Shown one piece after another: positions 12,488 through 25,765 of a stretch of 64,000 nucleotides of DNA; positions within the stretch are counted from its first letter, which is position 1; each line of letters opens with the position of its first letter. This DNA comes from Marsupella aquatica (Eukaryota > Plantae > Marchantiophyta). The stretch is from the NCBI GenBank assembly GCA_973895155.1, contig OZ316894.1, forward strand, positions 25,963,240-26,027,239, in the 5' to 3' direction. The translations under genes were made by a program, and so were the position numbers. A model generated the notes under the pieces. It saw only the letters and a program-made list of their open reading frames with translations. It had not been told where the DNA came from and ran no database searches.

Positions 12488-15400
12488 TCAAACCTGTGCT
12501 TGTGCCCTTTGGATACATTGCCTGTAAAGATCTACATACTGATCTGCCGAAAAATCCCAGCTAAAATCTATTTTCATGGCTTTCTTTACAATATTCTTCC
12601 ACCATAGTTTGTCACTCTTATAGTAGGCTAGAGCACGATCCAGTGCATAATTTAAGCCCTGCATATTTCAGAACGAAAAACAAGAAATGAAAAGCTAGTT
12701 GCACTGACTGCAGAGATGGACTCACGCAACGAATCACATAGAATCCGGGAGGAAATAAAAAGGCTACTTATGTTTACAAAGGTGCGATCTAAATCCAATG
12801 AAAAATGATTTGAACAACGAAAGTCCTAAGAACCTAAAGAGCCTGAATACAAAAAGAGAAGTGCTTAGCAATATGACGAAACCTCACCGCTTCATCTGCA
12901 GCAGAAAACGTGAATCCATTCTTTTTGTCCTCGGGAATTGAGGGGTCATCCACATCAAATACGCTGCCCCATTCATATCATATATCATTAGCTACACAGA
13001 ATATATATCGATTCTTTTCCAAATGAGATGCTCTTAACAAAACCAAAGTATATCTCAGCTTTATAGAAACCATTCTCGAGGCATGCATGTTAAGCGTTAT
13101 TGTAGTAGACAGGAAACTTGAGATGTACCTGTCAGCTAGCCCTCCAGTCTTCCTTACGACTGGAATACTACCATATCGCATTGCGATCATCTGCATAGAA
13201 TAAGTCAACTCCTGAGCTTGTAACCAAAGCGTTGTTCCAAGACATATATCTTTCACTTCCTTCTCAATAAATGAGAGAAGTTGGAGTGAGAAGTCTTGCT
13301 GAAATAAATCATTAAACAATAGTTTCTAGTTAAATTCAAACTATATTTGTCTAAGCAACACCAAGATGAGGAGACAATAAATATTTGTTCCAATCTTCTA
13401 AGAGCATAATGGGCTGCAATATCGACTTCCCGCCAAACCGAAGTCCAGATTGATCCTACTGAGAAAGTACCGACTCGACAAAAAAAGCAATTTCTTGTCG
13501 CAGGCTGTTCCAAACAGCCTACCATGAAATAGAATCTTACCTGAGTAAGCCCACAAGGCTCAAAAATTGATGGAATAATAAACAAATCCGATGCTGCATA
13601 AATTGAATGGGAAAGGCCCTCGTCATATTTAAGCACAAGTCGAATATGAGGATGATGCTCAAATTGTTTAGCAATTCCTTCAAATTCGCTCTGTGAAATA
13701 AAAGGTGACAGCATCTTGTGAGCCCAAATTTTTTTAAATCTCAATACTTCGCGAATTGGTAAACAACATATTGCCACCGTGTGGAAGCACTACTTATTGT
13801 CCCCCACGTGTTGTGTCTACCATTGCTATGATGCGATGAAAGACATATTATGAATCACACAAGAAGTGACTATACGGTGTCAGAGAAGTGTACATTACAT
13901 GTACATTACATGTACATTACATGTATATTTACCGAATAGGCCGATTTAAATGTGCACGTACCTGTATATTTGGGACCGGACTTGAACCTAACAGAACAAA
14001 CTGGCCGCCAGACTCCAGAGTCCGGTAGATTGCATGACGAATCAAATGCACTCCCTTTTGTGGAACTAACCGTGTGATGACAGCCACCTAACAATTCAAG
14101 CACTTCAGGACAGGACAGAACGAATTGTATGCAACAAAGATCGCCAAGATAATTAAAAATAGATGCAAACTTCAAATTTCTGTTCTAGGATTTGTTCAAG
14201 TTGACGATCTTCGATAATCAATATTACTCATAATCTGATGCCTCGTCAAGTCTAAACCGGTTGATGCTTCTCCCCTCAAAGAAACAAACGGCCACTTAGC
14301 CTACATCTTCAGAGAACATACAGCAGTACGAATCTACCCTAAAGATACACATACCAGCGGCCTCTCCCCATCCGAATCTGTAGATGCTAATCCCAAACGG
14401 GACCTCAATGCAGATTTGATTGCAGACTTGCCACTCAAATCTTCGGCACTATACTGGAACTGAAGCAGGGGATCTGTTGCTGGATTCCATGCCTCATCAT
14501 CAATTCCATTTAAGATACCCACAAATTTTCTATAATGTTGAGCTAGGGTAAGATGCAAACCACGACCTGCCTGCACATCAAGATCAACCAATCAAGAGAA
14601 ACAAACCCCCTTAGAGGAAGCAAATTTATGACACGACAGAATTACTATAACCGTCCCTCTCTTCCTTAAGTCCAGTTGGACCTCAGTCTACTAAACGAAA
14701 TTCACGAAGTTGTTCGGGTTCTCTAGCTGAAGGTACTGGAGAAAAGTAACAAAATGAAAACAGGGAACAAAGATGAGAGTACAACGTGAGAGCATAATTT
14801 ACACATACATGTCAAAGACACGGGGAAAGATAAACATCAGATAGCTATTGAAAAATATAGTTCTGCAAAATTGGATATGGAAAGTTTACCTCGGGTGCCC
14901 GAACCTCCTGACCATAAGTTGGAGAGACAGTGGTGATAACGTTTGAGAAAACTAGGCCCCCCTATAACATCATTAAAGAGAGAACAGATTTCAGCCATAA
15001 AATGGAGGTGCTAATAATTAATTTCCCAACAGATTTGCTGCAATGAACTTTTCAAGGTGCTACTCATAAGAATCATTTAGCTACTCAAGTAACTCTGTCA
15101 ACAAGGAACACCTACCTTGAGAAGGTTTACTCGACCGTGATTGTAGTTGTCTTGCATCCTGTCTTGCCGATTCAGTTGCTGGACATTAAGGCCGCATGAT
15201 GCCAATGCCCCAGGCGAATCAGTGCCTTGGTACTCAAAGTTGTGACAAGTAAATGCCAACCGTGCTGAGTCCAGGCCCTGCGGAACATAAATGTCCCAGT
15301 ACAATGGTGCCTGCATAGAGATTTACAAGCTTTAATAGACGGGAACAGCAAGAAAAATACGAAAAAATACAAATCTGAGAGCTAGGAACAACAAGCAGAG

Positions 15401-18400
15401 AGATGAAATTGTACAAAAGGAAACGATGGGAGCTTACCACAGCTGCTGTCTGCCAATCATGGGTGTGGATCATGTCTGGTCGTTTTCCGGACTGAAGCAA
15501 AAATTCCAGAGCAGCACGACAGAAATACGTAAAGCGCTTGAAGTCATCATTTTCACCATAAAACTGGCCTCTCCAAAAGAACTTCGCAGGATGATGAGGT
15601 TCAATAAAGTACACTGGTAGTCCTGCAATGGTAAAAACAATTTCCTACTCAATAAATTGACCTATAATAGAACTAAACAAATAGTAAAACTTTACGACAC
15701 TGATTTTGAAGAAAGACATGGTTGCTTATAGAAATAAGCTAAGAGCTGCCAGACAAACCTTCAACAATTCCGTGCCAGATTTTATTTTTGTGCGTTTGAC
15801 CATCAAAATAAGAGTAAAGCTCAACATCCAAAACCTACACCAAGGAATAGACAACGTGAGGAGCTGGCTTGTCTGACCAATGAAGAACCTCAAAAGTGCA
15901 GCACAAGATAATGTACAGGACGAATATTGACGATGAGCAGAAGAGCAAAGCAACATCAGATCCACGTTTATTCTATCGAATCAGCAATAGCGTCATTCTC
16001 ATCTCCTAGACATCGCATTATATGAATACCCCACCTATAGGAATTTGAAATGAAGACACCATCGAAGAACTTACTCAAACATTAGGTGATAATACATATT
16101 TTTGCAGAAATACAACAGTCTCGCCCTGCTATAAAAACTTCTGTGACTGAGCTGGAACCCGAATTATAGAAACAATTCTTAGAAAAACTATTCAGTCTGG
16201 AAGTCAATGTCCCATGCTAACCAGGAAGAAAGTTTGTCACTAGACCTTCAAATTTTTTATCCGACTGTAGTCCATGCAGTCATACTTGGGAAGAATTATC
16301 TCCACCAGATGCCCCTTCTTCTGAAGAGCTTTTCCCAAACCTGTTACGACATCTCCTAATCCCCCGACCTTCAGGGAGCCAAAAGTCAAACTTAGAATTT
16401 CGTTCAATTCCATTCGTTCCGATGGGACTTCTAAAATCTTACAGGTGAGAAAGTATAGACACAAAACTAAACAGGCGTAAGGCTAGAGTCCAAGCGAGCT
16501 TCTCTACCGTCATGCATGCTAGAATTATAGAGTTCTTAATAAAGTAAGCATCCATGCACTAGGTGTATCAATCGTCCACTGATCCAAATGTCCTCCTAGA
16601 TGAAATCCTAGTAGTTAGGATTACAAGACCATCACTGCCAAGACCAATTATGTACAAGATTTCTCACCTTTGCAACTGGTGCCATTTCAGCGGCAATGTG
16701 AACCACGTGATAACCTGGCCTGTGAAGTGTAGAATGTCGTCAGTTTTCGTCTTGTAGCCAAGAAATAAATTGAGATAAAAAATGCTAGCAGACGATATTA
16801 CGTTCCCCACATTCTCCGGTTGACAGTATTTAGGATATGACCTTACAGCGGCCAACATACCATTCACTAAAATCCAATGATGCTGACAACAATGACCAGC
16901 TTTGCTTCTGTTACCTTTGCTGCTACAGTCTAAAATTAAGGTTTTGAACCGAACGCCACGAAAATTCCTATACTACAGGGGCAGATGTTCTGTGATGTGA
17001 GGCAAGCGAGTTCTCATGCAGCCCTTTAAGTAAGCACTTCACAAGAAATTTGCATCCACAATGTCTCGTGCATAGGAATTCCTGACTTCCTTTCTTTCTG
17101 CCCCCACAGAAAGAAATTAGTCAGTTTGCACAGAGAAGTGATATCATGCCTTCTCTAAAAGAAAAGTTTAAACTTTGCAAGCAGTCAGCTGACCCATTTC
17201 TCTCAAAGAATCGAAAGGAGGGGGATGACGCACTTTTTCTTGAGTTTTGTAAGTTCGGTCAAACCAGCAACCACATCTGAATCCTTCTCGTGTTTAACAG
17301 CGACATACGCATCTCTGATACGAGACTCTCTCCTCCAAGCCATATTCCGCAATTCCAAAGCATCCTCCAGTGATAGCTGTTTACCCACAAGCAAGGCATC
17401 AATACGAAGAAGCAAGCTGCTCCAAAATTCCCATGGCATTTCTCCAACCGGGACTTGAGAGATCCCAAACTCACTCTCAGCCTTTAGTCCTTCAAGGCTT
17501 GCCTGAAAGGCCTCCATTTCAGCTTGATATAGAACCAGTTGCTCCCGAATCTCCGTATCTGACTCAATAAGCTTATCCTGCAAGTTCTTGATAATATATT
17601 GCAGCCGAGCATTCTCGGCTTGAGCCGCATCCAGTGCGTCCTTGGCAGACTCGGCAGTCTGCAGAGCATCTTGAAGCGATTGAATCTGGTTTCGTAACGT
17701 CTCAGTCTCATTAAATAGTTGTGTTACAGTACTACTTTGGTCGCACAATTTGTCAAGTTGGGCTTTCAGTTGCTCCACTTCCTCCTGCAATGCAGCTTCG
17801 TGGATTTGCATGCTTGCAAAATCAACTGCTGTTTGTTCCAACGCACTCAACTTGATTTCCAAGCTATTGGCATACTCTTGCAGCGTGCTCTTCTCGACAG
17901 CGCGCTGTTCAGAAATCTCATCCCTGGCCTTCAAGTTGGCGACGGATAGTCTCAACGCCACGATTTCTTCCTCATAAGTTTCGATCTTGGAGAACAGCTC
18001 CTTCAGTTGATTTCCAGCAGCACTGGAGGCCTCTAAGCGGGAAGTCAAGTTCTGAGCATGCTCTTGGAGGGAATTATACTCAGCCTCCAGCTCGAGGGCT
18101 GCTTTTAACTTAATCTCTTTCTCTGCTAGGTGAGCCTGGAGGGATCCTAGTTCTTCTTCCAAGCATCTGTTCTTCTCTATTGCTTCATCTCCAAGTTTGG
18201 TTTTTGCATCTGCTTCAGCTAGTCGAGCCTGGAGGACATGGACTTGACCTTGCAGCGCATCTGTGGTACTTTTCGCTTGTCCTAGCTCGTCCAAAGCACG
18301 GGCCCGTGCCTGATTGAGGAGCATTATATCTTTCGAAGAAAAAGATCACTGCATATTCAGGTTACCAATAGAATACCAAGACCTTTGCTCTATAAAGGAC

Positions 18401-20200
18401 CTACATTGTATACTGAAGCAGGTCAACACAAGTCACCTCACTTGATAATTGGGCCAATCTCCCAGCTACTAAGATACATCTACGATGCAAAATGTGTAAA
18501 TGAAATAACGTGACTGTTTACGTATTACTTCTGTTTAGACTTCTGTTCCGCTACGAGGCTTGACGCACATTAATATAGCACTTATAGTTCTATAATGTTC
18601 CGCTACATATATGTTACTGTTACAGAATAATGTTCCGCTATGGCTTGACGCACATTTTAGAGTAGGACACCTCAAATATCCAACACCAGGTGCCGTTGGT
18701 GGCATCTTTGGCCCTTGGGCCTGCTGGTTCCCCTCTCCGTGAGGTTCACGCGGAATAAACTAAAACAAATAAAAATATATATCCAACCTCAGACATTACA
18801 TTTTCTTTTGAGCTGACAAGTTTTCAAGGGTTCGCTGCACGTAAATTTCTGAGATATAGAGATAAAGCAGGCTAGTACAAATGCCAAGCACTGACAAGAA
18901 TAAAAGAACGAGAACGAGTGCTTACTTCTTTCTGCCTCTTTAATCATATCCATGAGATCATTGACACTGACGCTAGCTGGCGTCATATTTTCAGAGCCGA
19001 AATTGCCCTGCATTTTGCCATATTGCCGAAGAGTCACTCTACTGAAACTTGACCATCGAAGAATAGTATCAAAAGTACCAACGTAGATAACATCAGAACC
19101 TCGGATTCCTGGCATGCAGGTGGCCTATGAGTGGTCCGAAATCTCAATTCGAACGACGGAAGATGAATACTTGGCTCTATTGTCTACTCCCATAGGTCTA
19201 GCAGCTGATGACTCGGTTCGGCTCATCTAAACTCCAGCATTCAAATTTCCCAGCCAATTAGAAAAGAGGCATACAGCGAGTGATAAATGAAATTGGCAAG
19301 AAGGCAAACAGGGGACCTAGCCAGAGTACCAAAGATACTTCGACAGCCTTTTTGGCTTCCTCCTCGTCTACCAGCAGTGGCTTCTCACTCTGCATTTCAC
19401 GTCCGCTGACAAGCACATCATTCTCTGATGCCTGGATTACCTCATCTCCGATAGGGGTAACGCTGCTGTGCGTGTGCAAAGTACTCTTCCCAGATCCATT
19501 TCCTCCGAATCCTCTGGGGATGTTTCCTTCTTTGGATGGCAAAGGGTCCTTCTTAGCTTGAAGATCTCTTTCATCCCCAGGATTACTGTCCCCTACCACC
19601 TTCTTCCTCGCCTGAGTTCTCCTGTTATTCGCACTGCACATTCCAAATGCAGAAGAGAAAACAGAAATGAAGTTCAGATTAGCTTAGTTTCCCCATTACA
19701 GGCTATGGCTGCAAGTGCCATATATTAACATCTAAATCAGCGAGACACAAAGCTTCTCAGAATGTCGATTAAATCGTCGTGCTCCATTCACAAGTCAGAT
19801 AGAATACTTCGAACAAAGACGGCCTTCAAATTTAAAGTTTTGTAACCGCGAAGATGTGATTCGTAAAATGAAAATGTAGAAGAAAGAGGAGAATGCAGCT
19901 GCAGTAAGCTTGGAGACGAGCTCACCTCGTATTTTTCGCCTTCGATCGGCAGGAGGGCGAAAGTCGAGTGCAGAAAAAACTGCTCGAGTCTGGTCGATGA
20001 TGCGCTTGAGTGATTCGTGGGGCTCGTAAACTCCCCCCACCACATATCCATCTACAGCTGCTTCCCCACACCTGTGAGCCTAACGAAGCCCTACTGCTGC
20101 TGCAGTGCACTACACTAATTTGTGGACATACGATTCCAATTGTTACAATACCCGACCGTACGCCGGTAATGGCTGCTGGTGCCGCGATGACGATATCCAT
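12488..20200 (-). CDS. SS4: Starch synthase 4 (GT5 family), multi-exon
   Basis: Transit-peptide-like exon 1 (ATG at 20200) and a long coiled-coil exon (NIMLLNQAR...EMPWEFWSSLLLRID). Later exons give HIAAEMAPVAK|VGGLGDV, HDWQTA, TCHNFEYQG, GILNGID, PSIFEPCGLTQ, RKTGGLAD and DFSW. TGA at 12488-12490; the junctions checked are GT-AG. Confidence 0.95.
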
Positions 20201-21059
20201 CGTCTCCGCCAACCCGTCCGTCGTCGAATTCTTTAGGAAGAACCCTGACGTTGCAGTGCAACGACCAAGCAAGTGGCTTGTCGACTCATGGCCAAAAATG
20301 ATGATATATGACTGGCAGCAACAAGGTAGAGTGCTGCTTCATCCATTCATTTACCTGGCAGCAAATTCCCACGACAACAATGCCCCTCGGATTCCGTCAT
20401 CACAGCCTCGTCAACATCCTAACCCCTTTAAGCTCTGTGTCTGAAGCCCTCTTATCTGACACTTGCCTTGACTTTTGACTTCTCCTCCGCCTAATTTTCG
20501 AATCCTCGCCCCGCATTGCAGACGTGCTCGCTCTGCTACACCGTTAGCAAAAATCTAACACCTTCTGCTGGTCATCGATGAAAAGATCAACTCAGAACCC
20601 TGAATGAATTAAAAGCCAACCGGCGATCAATCAATCAGCACGGAATTCACGCATTCCTTGGAAGAACAGACCTTCAGTCCGGAAGCTATTCAATTCCGTC
20701 GGCTCCATCCCCCCCTCTTCGTCCTGCCAGTTGCCTAAAGATAATAACAATCAATCTGTTCAAACATTCTTCGCCACCTTCGCTCTCCCGCCCCTCCGCT
20801 TCCCGTAATCGTTTCTGCGCCACACCATTCATCTCACACTATTTGGTGTCCGTCCCCTGCAGCATTTCTCGTGGCCATCAATCGCAACAACACAACACCG
20901 CAATTGCGCGTTCCGCTCCTCCTCTGTCGTTCCCTCCCGCATCTCCTCCCCGGCTCTCCCTTTGTCCGCTTACTGCTGCCTTACACCACTCTTACACCCT
21001 GCTTTACTTACACCCTCCTTGCCACTACGGTAGCCTCATTATGGTGACAGTTTTCTAAC

Positions 21060-21520
21060 CCTTCAGATCGACTTACATGTGCAACTATACATTATCTCAA
21101 ACTGCCCAAAAACAAAGGGCCACCATGATCCCCCAAGCAAAAAACACAATCAAGGGGGACAACCAAAGGGCCAAGAAAGACAAGGAAGCAAACAAACAAG
21201 AGAGCAACCTTAGACCTAAAAATGAGAAGTCCAAAGCCGACCGATTGGCAAACTGAAGAGTCTAGTATAGCTCAGGTGTGAACTAGGTCAAGCAAAGGAA
21301 TCCTCTTAGAGGCTCCATGTGCCCATTGAAGCGCAACAGACATCCTCTGTTTACAAAATGTCATGATGACAGACACCGGGAGATAAGGTCTCCACTCGAA
21401 GTACTGAACTGTGCAAGAACATGAGAAACGGTCAAAGGATGGGTGTAACGCCCCAACGATCTCCACAACAAATGGATAGAAAAGATACCCAGAGTAGCCC
21501 ACAACATAGGCCTCTTCCTT
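21060..21520 (-). mobile_element. Degenerate 3' fragment of an RLE-type retrotransposon
   Basis: PFVVEIVGALHPSFD...FCKQRMSVALQ parallels PLALELFWRLHPQFD...FCQRILVTLQ of the 4005-7624 element. Confidence 0.65.
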
Positions 21521-23188
21521 AAAGAGCCACTAACCATGACAAAAACATGGTTCCACAGATTTCACCATTTTTAGTAATGTGTACTGAAATTGAAGAGCAA
21601 AAACTCATGGAAGAGGGGAGGAAATGGGGAAAAGGGAGAGGTTTTGGGCACTCCTCCTTTTATATGGCCAGTGGTGTTTTAATTAGAGCTACTGCACCCT
21701 TTTTTAACTTATACCTTGCAACATCTTTGTTCACATCATTTACTCTTGAAAATATTTTGCAATACACATGCATTGCGATACTTCTATCATGCCTCGTTAT
21801 TTTCTTTATTTTCCTCATCAAGGAGTCAAACTTTTCTAAATAATTAAAAAATTTGAAATTTGTTCTTTTCTGGCCTGTCATTTCTTATTGGATGGATGGA
21901 CATCAAATTCTTCATAGGCATGCATAAGGTACAGCATGATGATGTTTACTTTTTGCTATAAGTCTTTCGCGTGTGGGACCCTTTCTATCTCCAGGTTGTG
22001 CGCTTTTTATTCTTTTGTAGTTTGATTTAGACAAGTTAAAAACAGGACGTCTGCGTTCTGTACCTATACCTATTCCCAGGAACGGTCACAAGCTGCAGCA
22101 CCCTGTGGGACCCAACGCCGTTGGGGCTTTGAGTGGCTTCGAGCCCTGTTCCATCGGCCCTCAAACGGACCCTCACCTTGCTCAGATTCCTGAGCTTTAC
22201 CCCTACTTGCTTACGTGCTGCATGGAGATGGAGTGTCCGCCCCCCACTTCCCGGTCCTTGTCACCGCCCCCTTATCCGATCCTGGTGGCCTCCGATTACT
22301 TCCGCATTTTCAGGCAAGGGCGTCCCGTAGAGTGTCGTGCCAAGGACTCCCCTTTATCCCACGGGACTCCCTTGCCTGAGACTCCCTTGCCTGAAAATGC
22401 AGATCCTGCGGGGCCCCTATCACGCCGCCACTCCGATCACTGGCCCCGGAACCCCCCTCATACCACGGAACTCTGTTGCCTGAAAATGCAGATTCTGCGG
22501 GGCCCCTATTCCCCCTATTCTACAGTGGTGCTGTACTTGTGAACGGCCATGCTGACTCCTCTAAGTGCAGAACGGGGATAATTGCAAGGCGTCCGTTTCT
22601 CCTGAGCATTTTTGCAAATTTTGCAAGTGCAAAGGAGTGCACTACACAACAAATCTATAAATGCAAACCCTCTGGAAATGTTTATGAAAACTTGTGAATT
22701 AGCTCACAATGCCTTGGGCGAATTGCTACGACTGACACTTATTGGATGCATGTCATTTTGATGTAGAGGCAATAAGGTGTCCCATCGTCTGTTTTCCCCG
22801 ACCGTTTTGCATTTTCATGTGGAGTAAAAACTTGCACCTATGAAATACAGGATCACGTGTAGAGCAGAGATGTAGGATCTAGGAAGGAAACGTAGGATGT
22901 AGGAAGCAAGTCATGATAATGTAGACTGACAGAGGGCACTGTACACACTTATCAATAAATACACATTCCATTGTTTTGCACTTATGCAACTGCAGTCTTG
23001 TTCATTTGAATTGGACCAATTTATTGAAAAGGGCCAAACAAAGTACTTTGGAGTAAAAGCAAAAGAGGTGAACATAGTCTACAAACACCAAACTCAAAAC
23101 AAGACCCTAAATGCAAACCCCAAAAATAGAGATTGAAGAAATAAGAAGCCATAGAACTCAACTAGTACCCAAATGACACTCCACCATT

Positions 23189-25066
23189 TGTTACCTTACA
23201 ATATTTTTCAGACCTAAAGTGGTCTAGGCATGTAAGAACGTTTACTTGGTTCACGCGGACGTGACCACTTTTAAGGGGGGGGTGCAAGTCACCAAACTTG
23301 ACTACCTTAATGCTTAGCTCCGGCTTTGCTGACTCCGGCGCCAAGCTCCTCTATGGTCCAAGCCCCAAAACAGTCATCCGATGAGGACTAAGTATGGGGA
23401 GAGTAGTGGGCAATGAGTCGTTGCACTAGCGAAGACAAGACGCTAAGTTGGTGGCGCACACTAAGGACTTAGACTAGCTTGGGGCTCGTCGGGTCATGGG
23501 AAGAGGTCGGGCTCAACTGAAGGTGAACCCCTGAACGGACTTTGAGTTCTGAGGGCTTGAGTGAGAGTTCCTCTTAAGCCCAAGACTAATAGAGTTTACT
23601 TCATGCACAATGGCCATTTAGCGCATGAGTTACGACGCATCCCAAGTGCGGCCGCTCGACACACTCAAGTGACGACGGGTACTGAGGGCCTAGGCATGAG
23701 CACTGGGTGACCCAATCACAACGGGCTAAGGCACTCCACCTATGGACGCCTATCTATAAAGTTATGGGTATATATAGCAAGTTAGTTATGTGCCCATGCG
23801 TGCAGGTTGGGGTCCAGGTAGGGGGCCAAAATTTGGGGGACCAAAGTAGGTCCGGGAGTGGCACGTCTCCAAAAGCATATATGAGGGAAGTGGTGTCTCC
23901 CTGGGGACCAAGTGCGAACCCAAGTCGTAAGCCGCGGCGATCACAATGCCAGGGGATGTCAAATAGAAACGACGATAATTTCTCAATGGGAAGTCCGTTG
24001 GAGGACTTCTTGGGTGCGTTAGAAAGATCTCAAGGAGGACTACATCCCCGCTACATCCTCTTGAGCTCAACTGTGTCTAGGGGTGCCATGGATGCTTGTG
24101 GTTTGCGGGAGCTATCTCACCCGCATGCCAAATCCTATCAAAATAACAGCCAAGTCGCATTCAGTTTCCCACAGGAGTTGGCATTGGGGAGGCAAGGCCA
24201 AGTAGGCATGGAGGTTGAGTTCCAAGTGCATTTGGCCCTTAGGCTATCGATCGGTTGAGTGAGAACCGTGACTTGGTTGCTAGAGTCATAACCAGTCTGG
24301 TCCCGACGTTTTAGTACAAGCTACGTTATTTGGGCCATGAGCATGTCTTAGGGGCAGGGCGGTCAGCTAGTGACAAATAAGAACATTTCAGGAATGGGCT
24401 GCACCCAAAGAGGGGCTATTCTAGACAAATAGTGGGTGTTGACTCTGGCTCTGGCTTATGGCAAGGCCATGCAAGCCAAGCAAGGAGGTTCTATTCGTTG
24501 AGCTATTTACCAAGTCTGTTGAGTTTGAGTTAGGATCCTAGTCTTGGAAGGTTTAGATCCTTTGGGTTACATATCGGAATGCTTGGTGGCTTGTGTAGAC
24601 AATGAGGACCATTGAGCGACAATCGTGTTAGAGAGCAAGTGCGGCTTTGTATGGGAGTGGTTGTCGAGGGTGCAAGAGGCATCAAGTTGATTGCTCAAGG
24701 GATTCCATGGAGGCGTTCGGGCACCAAGGGCAGTTTGGCATAGGTGTTAGGATTGGTGAGGGTGTTGGGTGGCTAGGTCCACCACTCATATTATATCCCC
24801 AAGCATTGTTTGCTTGGATAATAGGAACCTAGGCTCATTGTTATTTAGCTAATTGAGATAATGGAGAACTTGTATTGCAAAAACTCAGTATTGCCTACTG
24901 GCCTAGAGTGTAATAAAGTTCTCATGTGTTCTCATGGATGTAGCCTTAGCTAGATGAACCACGTCTTTGTATTAATTACTTGTGCGTTGGATGATCATGG
25001 GCTTGTTGTTGTGAATGTCGTCTTTGCTCAACATACATAGTTACGTGTCAAGTAGGGTAGTTAACA
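23189..25066 (+). mobile_element. Possible solo LTR or LTR-derived sequence
   Basis: tgtta...taaca ends and the motif atggatgtagcc..gatgaaccacgt near the 3' end; no TSD found. Confidence 0.3.
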
Positions 25067-25765
25067 TGTTTATTTTCATGGGTCCCATGCAAGCTTACAA
25101 ATGCATACACCAATGAGTGTCCATCTCATCATAATGAAAATGCTTGTTGCATGGATCCATGCAAGCTTACAAATTGCTTATGGTTTTGCACCAAAAGACA
25201 TGCCAATTCAGTATGGCCCATTCTATATCTTCAAATTCTTGAGTCACTAAAATCATGTTGGGTGTTTATGGTGTAATAAGCAGCTCTCTACTTAAAAATA
25301 AACTTTGAAACTATTTATGGCCATCAAGCACCCACAAAATAAATGAATTTCTACAATATATTGTAATATATATATGTACAACAAAAAACTATGACAAAAA
25401 TATATAGTACATTGCCTGCCGAAGAACAAAAAGGGCCAAACCTACCTGGAGACAGGACCGCAAAGAGAGGAGACCCAATAAGGGCCTCAACACAATGCAG
25501 GAAAAGCGCCATGAAGACGAAAGAGCCAAAAAGGCTCAGAGTCCCACATTGGGAGAAAACTGCAAAGGTACTAAAGGCCATGAAAACCAAAGAGCAAACA
25601 ACCCCACATTCCCACATCGTCAAAGAAACTAAACCGTAATTAAAGGAACTCAACGCTTACTGAGTAATTGAAAGCCTGGTAAAACAGCCTAGCCCTCCCC
25701 GACCTTGCCCCCACCCTTCGCTCTTCATCACCATAGCCTTTGCAATTAGAAAAATCTCTGCAGTC

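Noticed and set aside
17203-18324. Stand-alone coiled-coil gene
   Set aside because: It is an exon of SS4 and splices in frame with the upstream exon.
22105-24258. Pro-rich 145-aa ORF and 183-aa ORF
   Set aside because: No recognisable motifs; probably decayed transposon sequence.
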